In this document: positions 1-12,105 of the stretch, piece after piece
Layout of the letters: each line of letters begins with the position of its first letter
Numbering within the stretch: position 1 is the first letter of the stretch
From: Eledone cirrhosa
Taxonomy: Eukaryota
Direction: 5' to 3'
DNA length: 64,000 nt
NCBI GenBank assembly: GCA_964016885.1
Contig: CAXHJY010001155.1
Coordinates: forward strand, 132,568-196,567
Made by a program: the position numbers and the translations under genes
Notes under the pieces: generated by a model
Seen by the model: only the letters and a program-made list of their open reading frames with translations
The model's database searches: none
What the model was told of the DNA's origin: nothing

Positions 1-276
1 TAACTGTCAAACATTCAACCATCATGCTGCCACCAGCCAGAAGACATGAGTGCACTGGATCGCCTTCCTTTACACACTTAAAAATATATTTGTGGTAAAG
101 GCTTTACTTCACATAATTATCTCACATAATATTGAATTGATGGGATTTTGTTATTCATTTTGAGAACCATAACTTAACATCAGAATGAGCTGCTGGTTAC
201 AGTCAGATACAGCTGGTTTAAATGCTAAAGGGTCAAGCTGCGAATAAGCATAACACACATAAAAATGAATAAATGA

Positions 277-658
277 TTGTTTCTACTTTTGGCACAAGGC
301 CAGCAATTACCCAGTGCATTACTGGTACTGTATTTTATCGACCCTGTAAGGATGAAAGGCAAAGTTAACCTCGGCGGGATTCAAACTCAGAATGGCAAGG
401 GCCGTAACTCTATGCGTCAAAGCATAGCGTCCGACCCTCTATCGATACTGCCAATCCACCGCATGAATAAATAATTGTTTCTACTTTTGGCACAAGGGCA
501 GCAATTACCCAGTGCATTACTGGTACTTTATTTCATCGACCCCGTGAGGATGAAAGGCAAAGTTAACCTCGGCGGGATTTGAACTCAGAATGGCAAGGGA
601 CGTAACTATGCGTCAAAGCATGGCGTCCGAGCCTCTACCGATACTGCCAATCAACCGC
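277..658 (-). mobile_element. Tandem dimer of a tRNA-derived SINE (Nin/Deu-domain-like)
   Basis: Two ~185 bp copies (277-462, 475-658). Minus strand has A-box-like TGGCAGTATCG(G/A)T, B-box-like GAGTT(C/T)(A/G)AATCCC, and a central GCCTTTCATCCT..GGGTCGAT..AAT..AGTACCAG domain. ATGAATAAAT flanks and separates the copies. Further copies at about 6215-6362, 7816-7969, 10381-10510, 17916-18260, 20837-21032, 21832-22035, 22466-22671, 26858-27047, 32438-32534 (-) and 39925-40030, 46122-46268 (+). Confidence 0.85.
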
Positions 659-747
659 ATGAATAAATAATGAGCTATAGTTATCGCCCATAATTTATCA
701 AACATAAAACAATTAACCATCTGCACCCAACCCTTGAAACATTATGC

Positions 748-964
748 AGGGTGGGCCAAAAGTCACTTCTTACTTATCTTTATTAATAAAATATTACAAA
801 TTAACTCAAAACTAATTTTTTTTATCTTTAAATTAAATTTCATAATTGGATCTTGTTTTTATTCAACTTTAATCTGAAAGAAAAAAATATTTTAATGATA
901 AAAAAAATGATGAATTTTTTTTTAATAGGAAGTGACTTTTATAGATATTATGCAACCCTCCCTG
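748..964. mobile_element. Degenerate Tc1/mariner-type MITE
   Basis: CAGGGTGGGCCAAAAGTCACTTC at left and GAAGTGACTTTT...CCCTG|TA at right form imperfect TIRs around an AT-rich interior. Confidence 0.45.
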
Positions 965-1380
965 TATAATATCTATAACAACACAGAAAGACAGACATGC
1001 ACACGACAAAAATAGAACTATCTGACAGGATTAGTAAAAAAAAATTTCTGCATTGCTGAAACTACCACCTCCACTATCCCCACTTTCTCTCTCTTTCACA
1101 TACACATACACACCTATCATCACTGTTCCAGTGTGACTGACATTTTACATGAAATATACAGCAGCTTTAATATAACAGATTTGTCTAAATAGAAGAATAC
1201 AATGCAATAATAATACACTGAACATAAGCACAGTCATCCCTGTGGGGCTAAAGAGTTTGCTTCACAACAATGTCATTACACATTCAATCCTACAGCCCTA
1301 GGTTGACCAATGTCATGTGAGTGAGATTTGGTAGACAAAAAATGTGTAGAAGCTTGTCATATATATATATATATATATAT

Positions 1381-1588
1381 ATATTGTTATACTTGGGGAG
1401 GGTCATATTTGTGTAATAATATTGCCAGAATTAATAACAGAACACACTCACTGTTTGATTGGTTATGTTCTGTTATTTGGTGTGTTCTGTTATTAATTCT
1501 GGCAATATTATTACACAAATATGACCCTCCCCAAGTATAACAATATTTGTTTCGACACACGATTTCATATCAAAAGCCTCGCAAAACT
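1381..1588 (+). mobile_element. Penelope-like end fragment with ~66 bp inverted repeat, inserted in (TA)n
   Basis: 1381-1447 is the reverse complement of 1480-1546. The right arm continues as MTLPKYNNICFDTRFHIKSLAK, homologous to [22 protein letters not shown] in the Penelope-like element at 60175 and 63371. Confidence 0.65.
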
Positions 1589-1758
1589 ATATATATATAT
1601 ATATACACAAGATTCTACACATTTTTCCTACACACACACATATATATATATACATACATATATATATATATATGTGTAGTTGACAGCTGTGAGAAAGGAG
1701 TACTCAATATCGTAGAGTAGAGTTTTAATGTTCATTTTATTAAGGCTAAATAGTGAGT

Positions 1759-1806
1759 CTTGTTACTCTGTAGTTTGTTCTGTTTATCACAGTGTCATCA
1801 GACAAG
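1759..1806 (-). ncRNA. Degenerate minimal type-I hammerhead ribozyme motif
   Basis: Minus strand: CUUGU-CUGAUGA-cacugu gauaa acagaa-CAAAC-uacaga-GUA-ACAAG. Helix I has 5 bp and the CUGAUGA core is intact, but GAAA is mutated. Confidence 0.5.
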
Positions 1807-1809
1807 AAC

Positions 1810-1855
1810 TTGTCGGATGAACCTATGAAAAATAGGTGAAACACCAGAGTAACAA
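1810..1855 (+). ncRNA. Minimal type-I hammerhead ribozyme motif (CGGAUGA core variant)
   Basis: UUGU-CGGAUGA-ACCUAU gaaaa AUAGGU-GAAAC-accaga-GUA-ACAA. Helix II is a perfect 6 bp and helix I is 4 bp. Confidence 0.65.
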
Positions 1856-1890
1856 AACTCACTATTTAGCTTTAATAAAATGTTTATATA

Positions 1891-3054
1891 TCATCATCAT
1901 CACCGTTTTACGTCCGTTCTTCCACGCTAGCATGGGTTAGACGGGTTGTCCTGTTGTGGGCACTGTCTGGTCAGCTGACCATGCCTTGCTCAAACAGGAA
2001 CTAATTTGGCTTGATTTCTACAGCTGGATGCCCTTCCTAACACCAACCTCATTTACAGTGAGTGCTGGGTGCTTTTTCGTGGCACCTACACGTCCACTTT
2101 ACAGTGTGGGCTGGGTGCTTTTTTGCCGTGGCACCTCCACGACCACCTTGCAGTGGATGGGTGTGGGGGCATATTGTCAATATGCTTCAGCTTGTACCCA
2201 TGGGAGGTCGAGTACTCTTTACTGCGTGACGCCAGAGGTCACGGTCGTGTGTCATCGCCTTTCAGAGGTGTAATTGGGTAAGGTCGGCTTTTATCACCTC
2301 ATTCCAGGTCATCTTGGGTCTCCCCACTCCGCGGTTTCCATCGACTTCTAGTGCTCTGCACCTTTTTATGCAGCTGTCATCCTTCATACGCATCACATGT
2401 CCATACCAACGCAACCGCCTCTCCTGCACACAGCATTTGATTCCTCTTATGCTCAGTCTCTCTCTCAATTCATTTATGCTTTGTCGTTCGCGTATATTAC
2501 TATTACACATCCATCGGAGCATGCAGGCTTCGTTTCTCTCTAATCTACGTAAGTCTTCCACCTTCAGCGCCCAGGTCTCACTACTATGTAACATTGCTGT
2601 TCGGATACACGCATCATACAATCTGCCTTTCATTTTGAGGGAGAAGCCTTTTGCAGCTAGCAGTGGTAGTAGTTCCCTGAACTTCTTCCATCCCGTTCTT
2701 ACCCTAGTTATTGTATTTTCTGAACACCCACCTCTGCTGCTAATTCGGTCACCTAGGTAGCAGAAGCTGTCTACTGTTTCTACATAGCCCTCCCAGAGAT
2801 TGGTGGTACTTGTTTCCTGTGGCTGTTTGCTGCTTGCTGTCCCAGTACAGCTGCTGCATGTGAAGCCTACATTCTTAATTAAGCTTCCTGAGATCCCGCT
2901 ACATCTCTTATGTACCCATTGTTTGCATTTGGGGCAGAGAATGGAGTTTCTACCTACACCTTTCCTACATACTGGGCAAAGCCATTTCCCTGAGGGGATC
3001 TGGGTTCTGTTTTCTCGTCTACTTACAAGGACCTTAGTCTTTGTCATGTTGACT
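1891..3054 (-). mobile_element. 5'-truncated RTE-clade LINE (end of RT ORF, 3'UTR, (GAT)n tail)
   Basis: ORF 2262-3047 has KTKVLV, FCYLG, RLYDACIRTAMLHSSETW, RLRWYGHVMR and GRPKMTW, the typical RTE RT C-terminal motifs. Short trinucleotide tail; TA on both flanks. Confidence 0.92.
2262..3047 (-). pseudogene. RTE retrotransposon reverse transcriptase C-terminal fragment with PHD-like C4HC3 finger
   Basis: 261-aa open frame with C-x2-C-x10-C-x2-C-x4-H-x2-C-x14-C-x2-C between KTKVLV and YLG. The catalytic YADD region is absent (5' truncation). Confidence 0.85.
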
Positions 3055-3951
3055 TTATATATATATATGTATATATATATATTTATATATATATATATTA
3101 TATATATATTTATATATATATATATTATATATATTTATATATATATATATATATTTATATATTTATATATATATATATGAGATCGAGATCGAGATCATGT
3201 AGGTGTCGCAAGAAAAAAACACAGTCCACGCTGTAATGTGGCCGTGTATGTAACATGGTAAAAAGTTCCCAGTTTCACTCAGATAGTCCTATATGAGCGA
3301 GACATGGTCACCCGACCAACCTTGCCTCAAGTGGGACAACTCCCGTCTAACCCATGCTAGCATGGAAAATGGACGTTAAACGAAGATGATGATGATGATA
3401 TATATGTGCTCCTACTTGGTTGAGCTGTTAATATGTTGAGAGGTTAGGCTGCTATTTCTAGTTGTCATGGAACCTTTTCTTGTCACTGCAAATGACGACC
3501 GTGTACGTTGGTTTTTATAATACTATGTGCTTCTCTCATCGTTTTCGGTTCTGTATGTTAACAGGTGTAAGTTCAGATAGATCGATACCCTCACTATATC
3601 CAGTTCAATTATTTAACTGCACCAATATTTGGTGAAGGATTCATATGAGAGAGATATATATGATTTTTAACGGGTATCTATATTTAAATTTTTTGTTAAA
3701 TTTTAATATGATACTGTAATGAAATATGTGTTCTTACATTCTATACAGATTGTCTCTTGTTAAAGTTTGATATGTCCTATTGTACATTTATATCATTAGA
3801 TATATATGTATGTATATATGTCATTCACTATTATGTAATGATTCAATGCTCAGATTTATTCTTTGAATTTTTTCTTTCAGCTTATTTTGAGAGACAAGAC
3901 ACAGGTTCGAGATTATCTCAAACATGACATCTATAACTTTGAATGTAATAT

Positions 3952-4887
3952 CATCATCATCATCATCGTTTAACGTCCATCTTCCACGCTTGCATGGGTT
4001 TGGACGGGAGTTTTCCCACTTGAGGCAAGATTTGTTGTCCTGCTCGTATAGGACTGTCTGGTGGGTTTTCTACCGCTTGATGCCTTTCCTAACACCAACC
4101 ACATTTACAGTGTGGACTGGGAGGATTTTACCGTGTTACTTACACGGCCACATTACAGCGTGGAATGTGCGTTTTTTTGTCGTGACACATACACAACGTC
4201 ACTTGTTTCGGACTGGGTGTTGTGGTACCAACATAACTTCACATTTAAGGGGTTGGTGTGGATGGGGTGGGGGTAGTGGGACGGGGCGTATTTTGTTAGA
4301 GGTGCCTACTGACTGTAGGTTTCGCTTTGTACTTAGGCAAGGCGGGTCTTCTGTATGACTGTGTAGTGCCAAAGATCTCGGTCCAGTGACATTGTCTTGG
4401 AAAGGTGTAAGTGTGTGAGGTCGGAATTTATCAAGTCGTCCCAGGTTTTTCTGGGTCTGCCTACTCCGTGGCTACCGTCTATCTTTATTGCCCTGCACTT
4501 TTTTATACAGCTGTCGTCTTTCATGTGCATCACGTGACCGTACCAACGTAGTCTTCTCTCGAGTAAACAACATCTGACCCCTCTTATTCTTAATTTCACC
4601 CTTAGTTCATTTATGCTTTGCCGTTCACGTATATTACTAATACACATCCAGCGAGCATGCACGCTTCGTTTCTCTCCAGTCTGCGTATATCCTCTGTACA
4701 CAATGCCCAGGTCTCACTGCCATGTAACATTGCTGTTCGTATGCAGGCATCATACAGCCTGCCTTTCATTTTTAGAGAGAACTCTTTAGCGGCTCTCTGA
4801 ACATTTTCCATCCCTTTCTGACTCTAGCTACTGTACTTTCAGAGCACCCTCCCCCACTGCTGATTTTGTCACCCAGTTAACGGAAGG
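3952..4887 (-). mobile_element. 5'-truncated, frameshifted RTE LINE copy
   Basis: ORFs 4611-4811 and 4333-4701 are paralogous to 2262-3047 (GRLYDACIRTAMLHGSETW, RLRWYGHV, GRPRKTW). TSD TGTAATAT at 3944-3951 and 4888-4895. Confidence 0.9.
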
Positions 4888-4905
4888 TGTAATATATATA
4901 TATAC

Positions 4906-5250
4906 ATCATCATCATTCATCATTTCATTTTACGTCCGCTTTTTCCCTGCTTGCAAGGGTGGGACGGGAACTGATTCTGGCTTGATTTCTACAGCTGGAT
5001 GCCCTTCCTAACACCAACCTCATTTACAGTGAGTGCTGGGTGCTTTTTTGCCGTGGCACCTCCATGACCACTTTACAGTGGAATGATATGGACCCCAGTC
5101 CCTATCATCTCATTTCTACAGCTGAGTAAACTGGAGCAATGTGAAATAAAGTGTGTTGCTCAAGGAAACAACACATCACCCGGTCTGAGAATTGAACTCA
5201 CAACCTTTCGATTGCAAGGCCAATGCTCTAACCACTAAGCCATGTGCCTC
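4906..5250 (-). mobile_element. tRNA-derived SINE (CORE/Meta-like body) with RTE-derived 3' tail
   Basis: Minus strand has A box TGGCTTAGTGGT, B-box-like GAGTTCAATTC, and CCTTGAGCAACACACTTTATTTCAC. Segment 4979-5048 matches the RTE 3'UTR at ~2008-2077. Near-identical copy at 54473-54810; related heads at 21036-21188, 25852-25966 and 43585-43710. Confidence 0.85.
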
Positions 5251-5524
5251 CATATATATATAAATAAATGACAGCATAGAAAATGGTCATAAAATAGTGA
5301 TGATGATATATGTAATTGTGTGCATGCATGTGTTTGTTTCTCTAACTTAGTGGTTTGACAGAAAGAGATTAACAAAATAAGTATTGGGGCTGATATGATC
5401 ACCTAAAGTTCCATTAACTCTGTAACCCAGAATGGCTACAATCTAATAACTGAAACAAATAAAATAAAAAAAAAAAAAGAATATAAGAATGTGTAAATAT
5501 ATTTTCTGTTTTCTATTCATAGAT

Positions 5525-5885
5525 GCAATCCTTCAAAAATACTTCAGACATTATGAAAGACACCTGTCAAGAATTACAAGTGAAGAGAACCCAGGGAGAG
5601 TAGAGTTACAATCACTGCAAGAAATAATTACGGAATGACAGTTCTTTCTGGCTGGCCACATTCTCCATCCAGCTAATCACTGCATTTGAAACCGGTGATA
5701 ACTTGGTCACCTAGTTGAGGCAAATAGAAAAAGGTTAAACGGAAGATCACCTGGTGGCAGACATTTCAAGACAATGTGAAGGCTATCAACATCCTTTGGA
5801 ATGGATGTGGAAAAGTATCAGTGGATCATATGCATTGGAGAATCTTGTCGCCAAATGCGTAACCCAGCACAATATGATCTGCGAC
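5525..5885 (+). pseudogene. Old RTE-type LINE 3' remnant
   Basis: Broken translation gives LAGHILH...KRKITWWQTFQDNVKAINILW...DHMHWR, matching the RTE C-terminal GH/RPxxTW/DRxxWR layout. Confidence 0.6.
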
Positions 5886-6524
5886 TAAGACTATTTATAG
5901 ATTTGGTAAAGAGAGAAGACTATTTATAGATTTGGTAAAGAGAGAAAGAGAAGTATTGCAATTAAAAGGAATAAAACAAACTTAAAACTATAACATTTAA
6001 GAGATAGTTATTGTTATAACTGAGGCATTGCTTGTTTCATAACATTTTTTTATAAGGTCAGAATTAAATTTTAATATTGATGATTCAATCTCTGTCTCCA
6101 TGGGCTCTTAACATCTGACAGAGTCAGAGAGGCATTTGAACCTTGCAGACCCAATCCATCTCCAGATCAGAAGATAGCTGGTTGTTTCCAGAGAAAAGAA
6201 GTGAGTGCAAGAGAGTAAAGGGGATGAGATACTGAGGAAGAAACAACCCCAGTATTGAACTGGTACTTTTTTTAACCTCGAAAGGATGAAAGGCAAAGTT
6301 GACTTTAGAGGCACTTGAACTTAGAGCTCAAATGACCAGATCCAATACTGCAATTCACCACCTCAGCTTCAAATAATAACAAGGTTGTTGTAAATGAGAG
6401 AACTGCATTGTGAATACCATTTAATGTTAGAACTTAAAACCCAAACATGAAAAGTTACATGATTAGATCGAGAAGCTGAGATTCTGTAATAAAATATATT
6501 TCGTCACAATAAATGAATTTCAAT

Positions 6525-6572
<48 letters not shown>

Positions 6573-8344
6573 GAGAGAGAGAGAGGTGTATATGATGAAA
6601 ACATATATAAACATATTGTATGTTTACATACACTAAACATATTGGTAGTCTTACCAATTAAATCTTTTGGTTTAAAGCAGACACAAAAAATGATGATGAT
6701 GATGATGATGACGATGATGATGATACACTGACTCCTGTGAAATTGTATTTGTTTTGTTTTCATAGAATTGGTAAAGAGAGAAGTTAAGGAATTTAAAAAA
6801 AATTAAATTAACTTATAACTACAACAGAACATTTTTAATGATGATGAAAGAAGAATTAAAAAATAGTTACTATTAAAACCAATTCTTTGCTTGCCTCATA
6901 AAATTCTAATTTTCAAATGAAATCAAGGTTTACAAATATATTTTTTAATATACACCAACATAAACTGATAAGTTTCCAGAGAAACTAAGCAAGTTTGGAA
7001 ATTTGAAATAAATTATTGTGTACAGTGCTCAGGTGCACTACAATTCATCAAAGGTGCATGTATAGTACATAGAATAATGTACAAATATCAGGACAGTGAA
7101 CAGAGTATAAGTCATGATATACATACATACATACAGACACATACATTTTGTTATAATGCTTTGCTAATGAGGCTCTGTGTATAAAAATATGTTGAATGAT
7201 ACTGATACACATATATGTTTAAAAATATGTTGATGAACGATAATGATAAACATATGTTAATGAAGGATATTAATATACATACATGTCTACAAAAAGCCTA
7301 AAGTCTGCTTTAATCCCAGAGGCACATTAGGCTGGTGCTTATCTCAGTTTCGCTAGTTTCCTTGGTGTTAAGTGACTACGAGTACTAGACTACCCCTTGA
7401 CAGGACACCAGTCCATTACTGTGTTAAACTCTGAATTACTGTTGGTACTCATTTTCAGCTGAGTATATGGGAGCAACATGAAATGAAGTGTTTTGCTCAT
7501 TAACATAACACAGAACGTTGTCCAGGAATCAAACCTATGACATTATGGTTGCAATTCTAACACTCAAATCACTATGCATCACACACACATACATGCATAC
7601 ACATGTTATAACATTCCAACACATATTTGATGACCATCAAACATGATGTGGTAAGGAAAGAAGAGCAATTACACTTGGAGATGGAACAAAGTGGACACTG
7701 GTTACAGCTGCATGGATGAACTCCAGCATGTCACCGTCGACTTTTTTCTCTACCCAAAAGCTATTTACCCAGCTTTATAGTTAACATAAACTATGGCAGC
7801 TCTTCATAATAATAATTGTTTCTACTTTTGGCACAAGGCCAGTACTTTATTTTATCGACCCTGTAAGGATGAAAGGTAAAGTTAACCTCGGCGAGATTTG
7901 AACTCAGAATGGCAAGGGCCGTAACTATGCGCGGCGTCCGACCCTCTACTGATACTGCCAATCCACCGCATAATATTCTTCTATTCTGATTCTGATTTTA
8001 TATTGGCATCAACAAAGAAAAGGAACCCTAGTCTTAGTTTTAACATCCAGTAAAAGTCTGCAGTCATTTATTCTTTTAATGGTTTCAGTCAGTTGACTGT
8101 GACCACACTGGAGCACCACTCTGATTTAGTTGATCATATCAATGCCAGTATTTATTTTTTCAAGTCTAGTACTTATTTTATTAATCTCTTTTTTATTAAC
8201 CTGCCTAAGTTAAGAGACATAAACACAGGTATGGACAAACTTACACATATATACATACACAAACACACACACACACAAACATACATATATAAACATTATG
8301 CACCCAGTTTACTCTGTAAAACAATAGTAATGGTTCTAAAATAA

Positions 8345-10190
8345 AATGCATCCAGTACACTTCCTAAGGTGGTAGTGCTGGTGCCATGATATAACGTACC
8401 TAATACACATGGTAAGTGGTAGTGCTGGTACCATGATAAAATGTACCCAATACACAAGGTAAATGGTAGTGCTGGTGCCATGATATAACGTACCTAATAC
8501 ACATGGTAAGTGGTAGTGCTGGTACTATGATAAAATGTACCCAATACACATAGTATCTGGTAGTGCTGGTACCATGATAAAATGTACCCAATACACATAG
8601 TATCTGGTAGTGCTGGTACCATGATAAAATGTACCCAATACACATGGTAAGTGGTAGTGCTGGTACCATGATAAAATGTACCCAATACACATAGTATCTG
8701 GTAGTGCTGGTACCACGATAAAATGTACCCAATACACATGGTAAGTGGTAGCTCTGGTACAATTATAAAATGTACCCAATACACATGGTAAGTGGTAGCG
8801 CTGGTACCATGATAAAATGTACCCAATACACATGGTAAGTGGTAGTGCTGGTACTATGATAAAATGTACCCAATACACATAGTATCTGGTAGTGCTGGTA
8901 CCATGATAAAATGTACCCAATACACATGGTAAGTGGTAGTGCTGGTACCACGATAAAATGTACCCAATACACATGGTAAGTGGTAGTGCTGGTACTATGA
9001 TAAAATGTACCCAATACACATAGTATCTGGTAGTGCTGGTACCATGATAAAATGTACCCAATACACATGGTAAGTGGTAGTGCTGGTACCATGATAAAAT
9101 GTACCCAATACACATGGTAAGTGGTAGTGCTGGTACCACGATAAAATGTACCCAATACACATGGTAAGTGGTAGTGCTGGTACTATGATAAAATGTACCC
9201 AATACACATAGTATCTGGTAGTGCTGGTACCATGATAAAATGTACCCAATACACATGGTAAGTGGTAGTGCTGGTACCATGATAAAATGTACCCAATACA
9301 CATAGTATCTGGTAGTGCTGGTACCACGATAAAATGTACCCAATACACATGGTAAGTGGTAGCTCTGGTACAATTATAAAATGTACCCAATACACATGGT
9401 AAGTGGTAGCGCTGGTACCATGATAAAATGTACCCAATACACATGGTAAGTGGTAGTGCTGGTACTATGATAAAATGTACCCAATACACATAGTATCTGG
9501 TAGTGCTGGTACCACGATAAAATGTACCCAATACACATGGTAAGTGGTAGCTCTGGTACAATTATAAAATGTACCCAATACACATGGTAAGTGGTAGTGC
9601 TGGTACCACGATAAAATGTACCCAATACACATGGTAAGTGGTAGTGCTGGTACCATGATATAACGTACCTAATACACATGGTAAGTGATAGTGCTGGTAC
9701 CATGATAAAATGTACCCAATACACAAGGTAAATGGTAGTGCTGGTACCATGATATAACGTACCTAATACACATGGTAAGTGGTAGTGCTGGTACCATGAT
9801 AAAATGTACCCAATACACAAGGTAAGTGGTAGTGCTGGTACCATGATAAAATGTACCCAATACACATAGTATCTGGTAGTGCTGGTACCATGATAAAATG
9901 TACCCAATACACATGGTAAGTGGTAGTGCTGGTACTATGATAAAATGTACCCAATACACATAGTATCTGGTAGTGCTGGTACCATGATAAAATGTACCCA
10001 ATACACATGGTAAGTGGTAGTGCTGGTACCATGATAAAATGTATCCAATGCACATGGTAAGTGGTAGTGCTGGTACCATGATAAAATGTACCCAATACAC
10101 ATGGTAAGTGATATTGCTGGTACCATGATAAAATGTACCCAGTACATATGGTAAGTGGTAGTGCTGGTACCATGATAAAATGCATCCAGC
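8345..10190 (+). repeat. 47-bp minisatellite, about 39 units
   Basis: Unit TGGTAGTGCTGGTACCATGATAAAATGTACCCAATACACATGGTAAG. The array runs into an RTE/SINE tail (AAGAAGGGCATCCAG at ~10255). Confidence 0.97.
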
Positions 10191-10891
10191 ACTCTGTAAG
10201 TGTTAGTGTCAGGAGAAAATGCACACAGTATACTCTGAAATGTAGTTGATGTTAAGAAGGGCATCCAGAAACCCTGCCAAATATGGATGGTATTAGGTAA
10301 ACAAGATATCTCTAACACATCTTGTCAGACTGTGACAACTAGTACAACCGTTGCCAACATGGAAAGCAGATGTAAAATAATTGTTTCTACTGTTGGCACA
10401 AGGCCAGCAATTACCCAGTGTATTACTGGTACTTTATTTTATCGACCCCGTAAGGATGAAAGGCAAAGTTAACCTCGGCGGGATTTGAACTCAGAATGGC
10501 AAGGGCCGTAAAATAATAACAAACAAACACACACACACACACTACACAACAGGCTCCTGTCCTTTCTATCTACCAAATTTCCCTCACAAGGTGTTAGTCA
10601 ATCTGAAGGTATAGTAGAAGCCACATGTCCAATGTGCCATGCAGTGGAAGTGAACCTAAAATCATGTAGTTGTGAAAGCACAATCCTTAACCACACAACC
10701 ATGCCAGCACCCTTTGTACATATGTAAATAGCTTTTTGTGAGGAATGATGTTTGTTCCAGAAAATGGAATTGTATCATTCCATTTTATATATTACAGGCA
10801 TCAGAACAGGAATGGAATGACATTAAAGAACCAGCTTAATTGCCCACTTAGTCAAATTCAGGTGTTATTTCAAACATGCTCTTTTTATTGC

Positions 10892-10916
10892 TATATATAT
10901 ATATATATATACACAC

Positions 10917-10957
<41 letters not shown>

Positions 10958-11085
10958 CACATATCATCATCATCATCGTTTTACGTCCGTTCTTCCACGC
11001 TAGCATGGGTTATATATATATACACATATATATATATATACATATACACATATATACATATACACATTTATATATATATACATAT

Positions 11086-11124
<39 letters not shown>

Positions 11125-12020
11125 CACATATATATATACATATACACATATATATATACATATACACATATATATATACATATACACATATATATATATA
11201 CATATACACATATATATACACACATATACACATACACATATATATACACATATATATATATACACATATATATATATACATATACACATATATATATATA
11301 TACATATACACATATATATATATATACATATACACACACATATATATATACATATACACATGTATATACATATACACACATATATATGTATATACATACA
11401 CACATATATATATATATATACATACACACATATATATATATATACATATACACACATATATATATATATACATATACACATATATATATATATACATATA
11501 CACATATATATATATATACATATACACATATATATATATATACATATACACATATATATATACATATACACACATATATATATACATATATACATATATA
11601 TACATATACACACATATATATACATATACACACATATATATACATATACACATATATATATATATATATATATGTGTATGCACATATATATACATATACA
11701 CACATATACACATATATATACATATACACACATATATATACATATACACAAACACATTTATATACATATACACACATATACATATACACATATATATACA
11801 TATACACATACATATACACATACACATACATATATATATATATATGTATATATACAATAATTTCATTATTATTATATATATATATTCATATATATGTGTG
11901 TGTGTATATCTGTATATGCATAAATATATATATAAGTGTGTGTGTGAATATATATATATATGTGTGTATGTGTGTGTGTGTATGTATATATATATTTCAA
12001 TTATACACACATACTCACAA

Positions 12021-12055
<35 letters not shown>

Positions 12056-12105
12056 CTATTTTATATGTATATAAATATATATATATATATATATATACAT
12101 ATAAA
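10892..12105. repeat. Compound (TA)n/(CA)n microsatellite with a short RTE-tail fragment at ~10963-11011
   Basis: Directly visible; source of the IY/HT-rich pseudo-ORFs. Confidence 0.97.

Noticed and set aside
2314-2760. + strand 148-aa ORF, and the antisense ORFs across 47815-49002
   Set aside because: Antisense shadows of the RTE and Chapaev coding sequences.
8345-10190. CRISPR-like array or repetitive protein ORFs
   Set aside because: Units are contiguous with no unique spacers, there are no cas genes, and the ORFs cycle through frames as expected for a 47-bp repeat.
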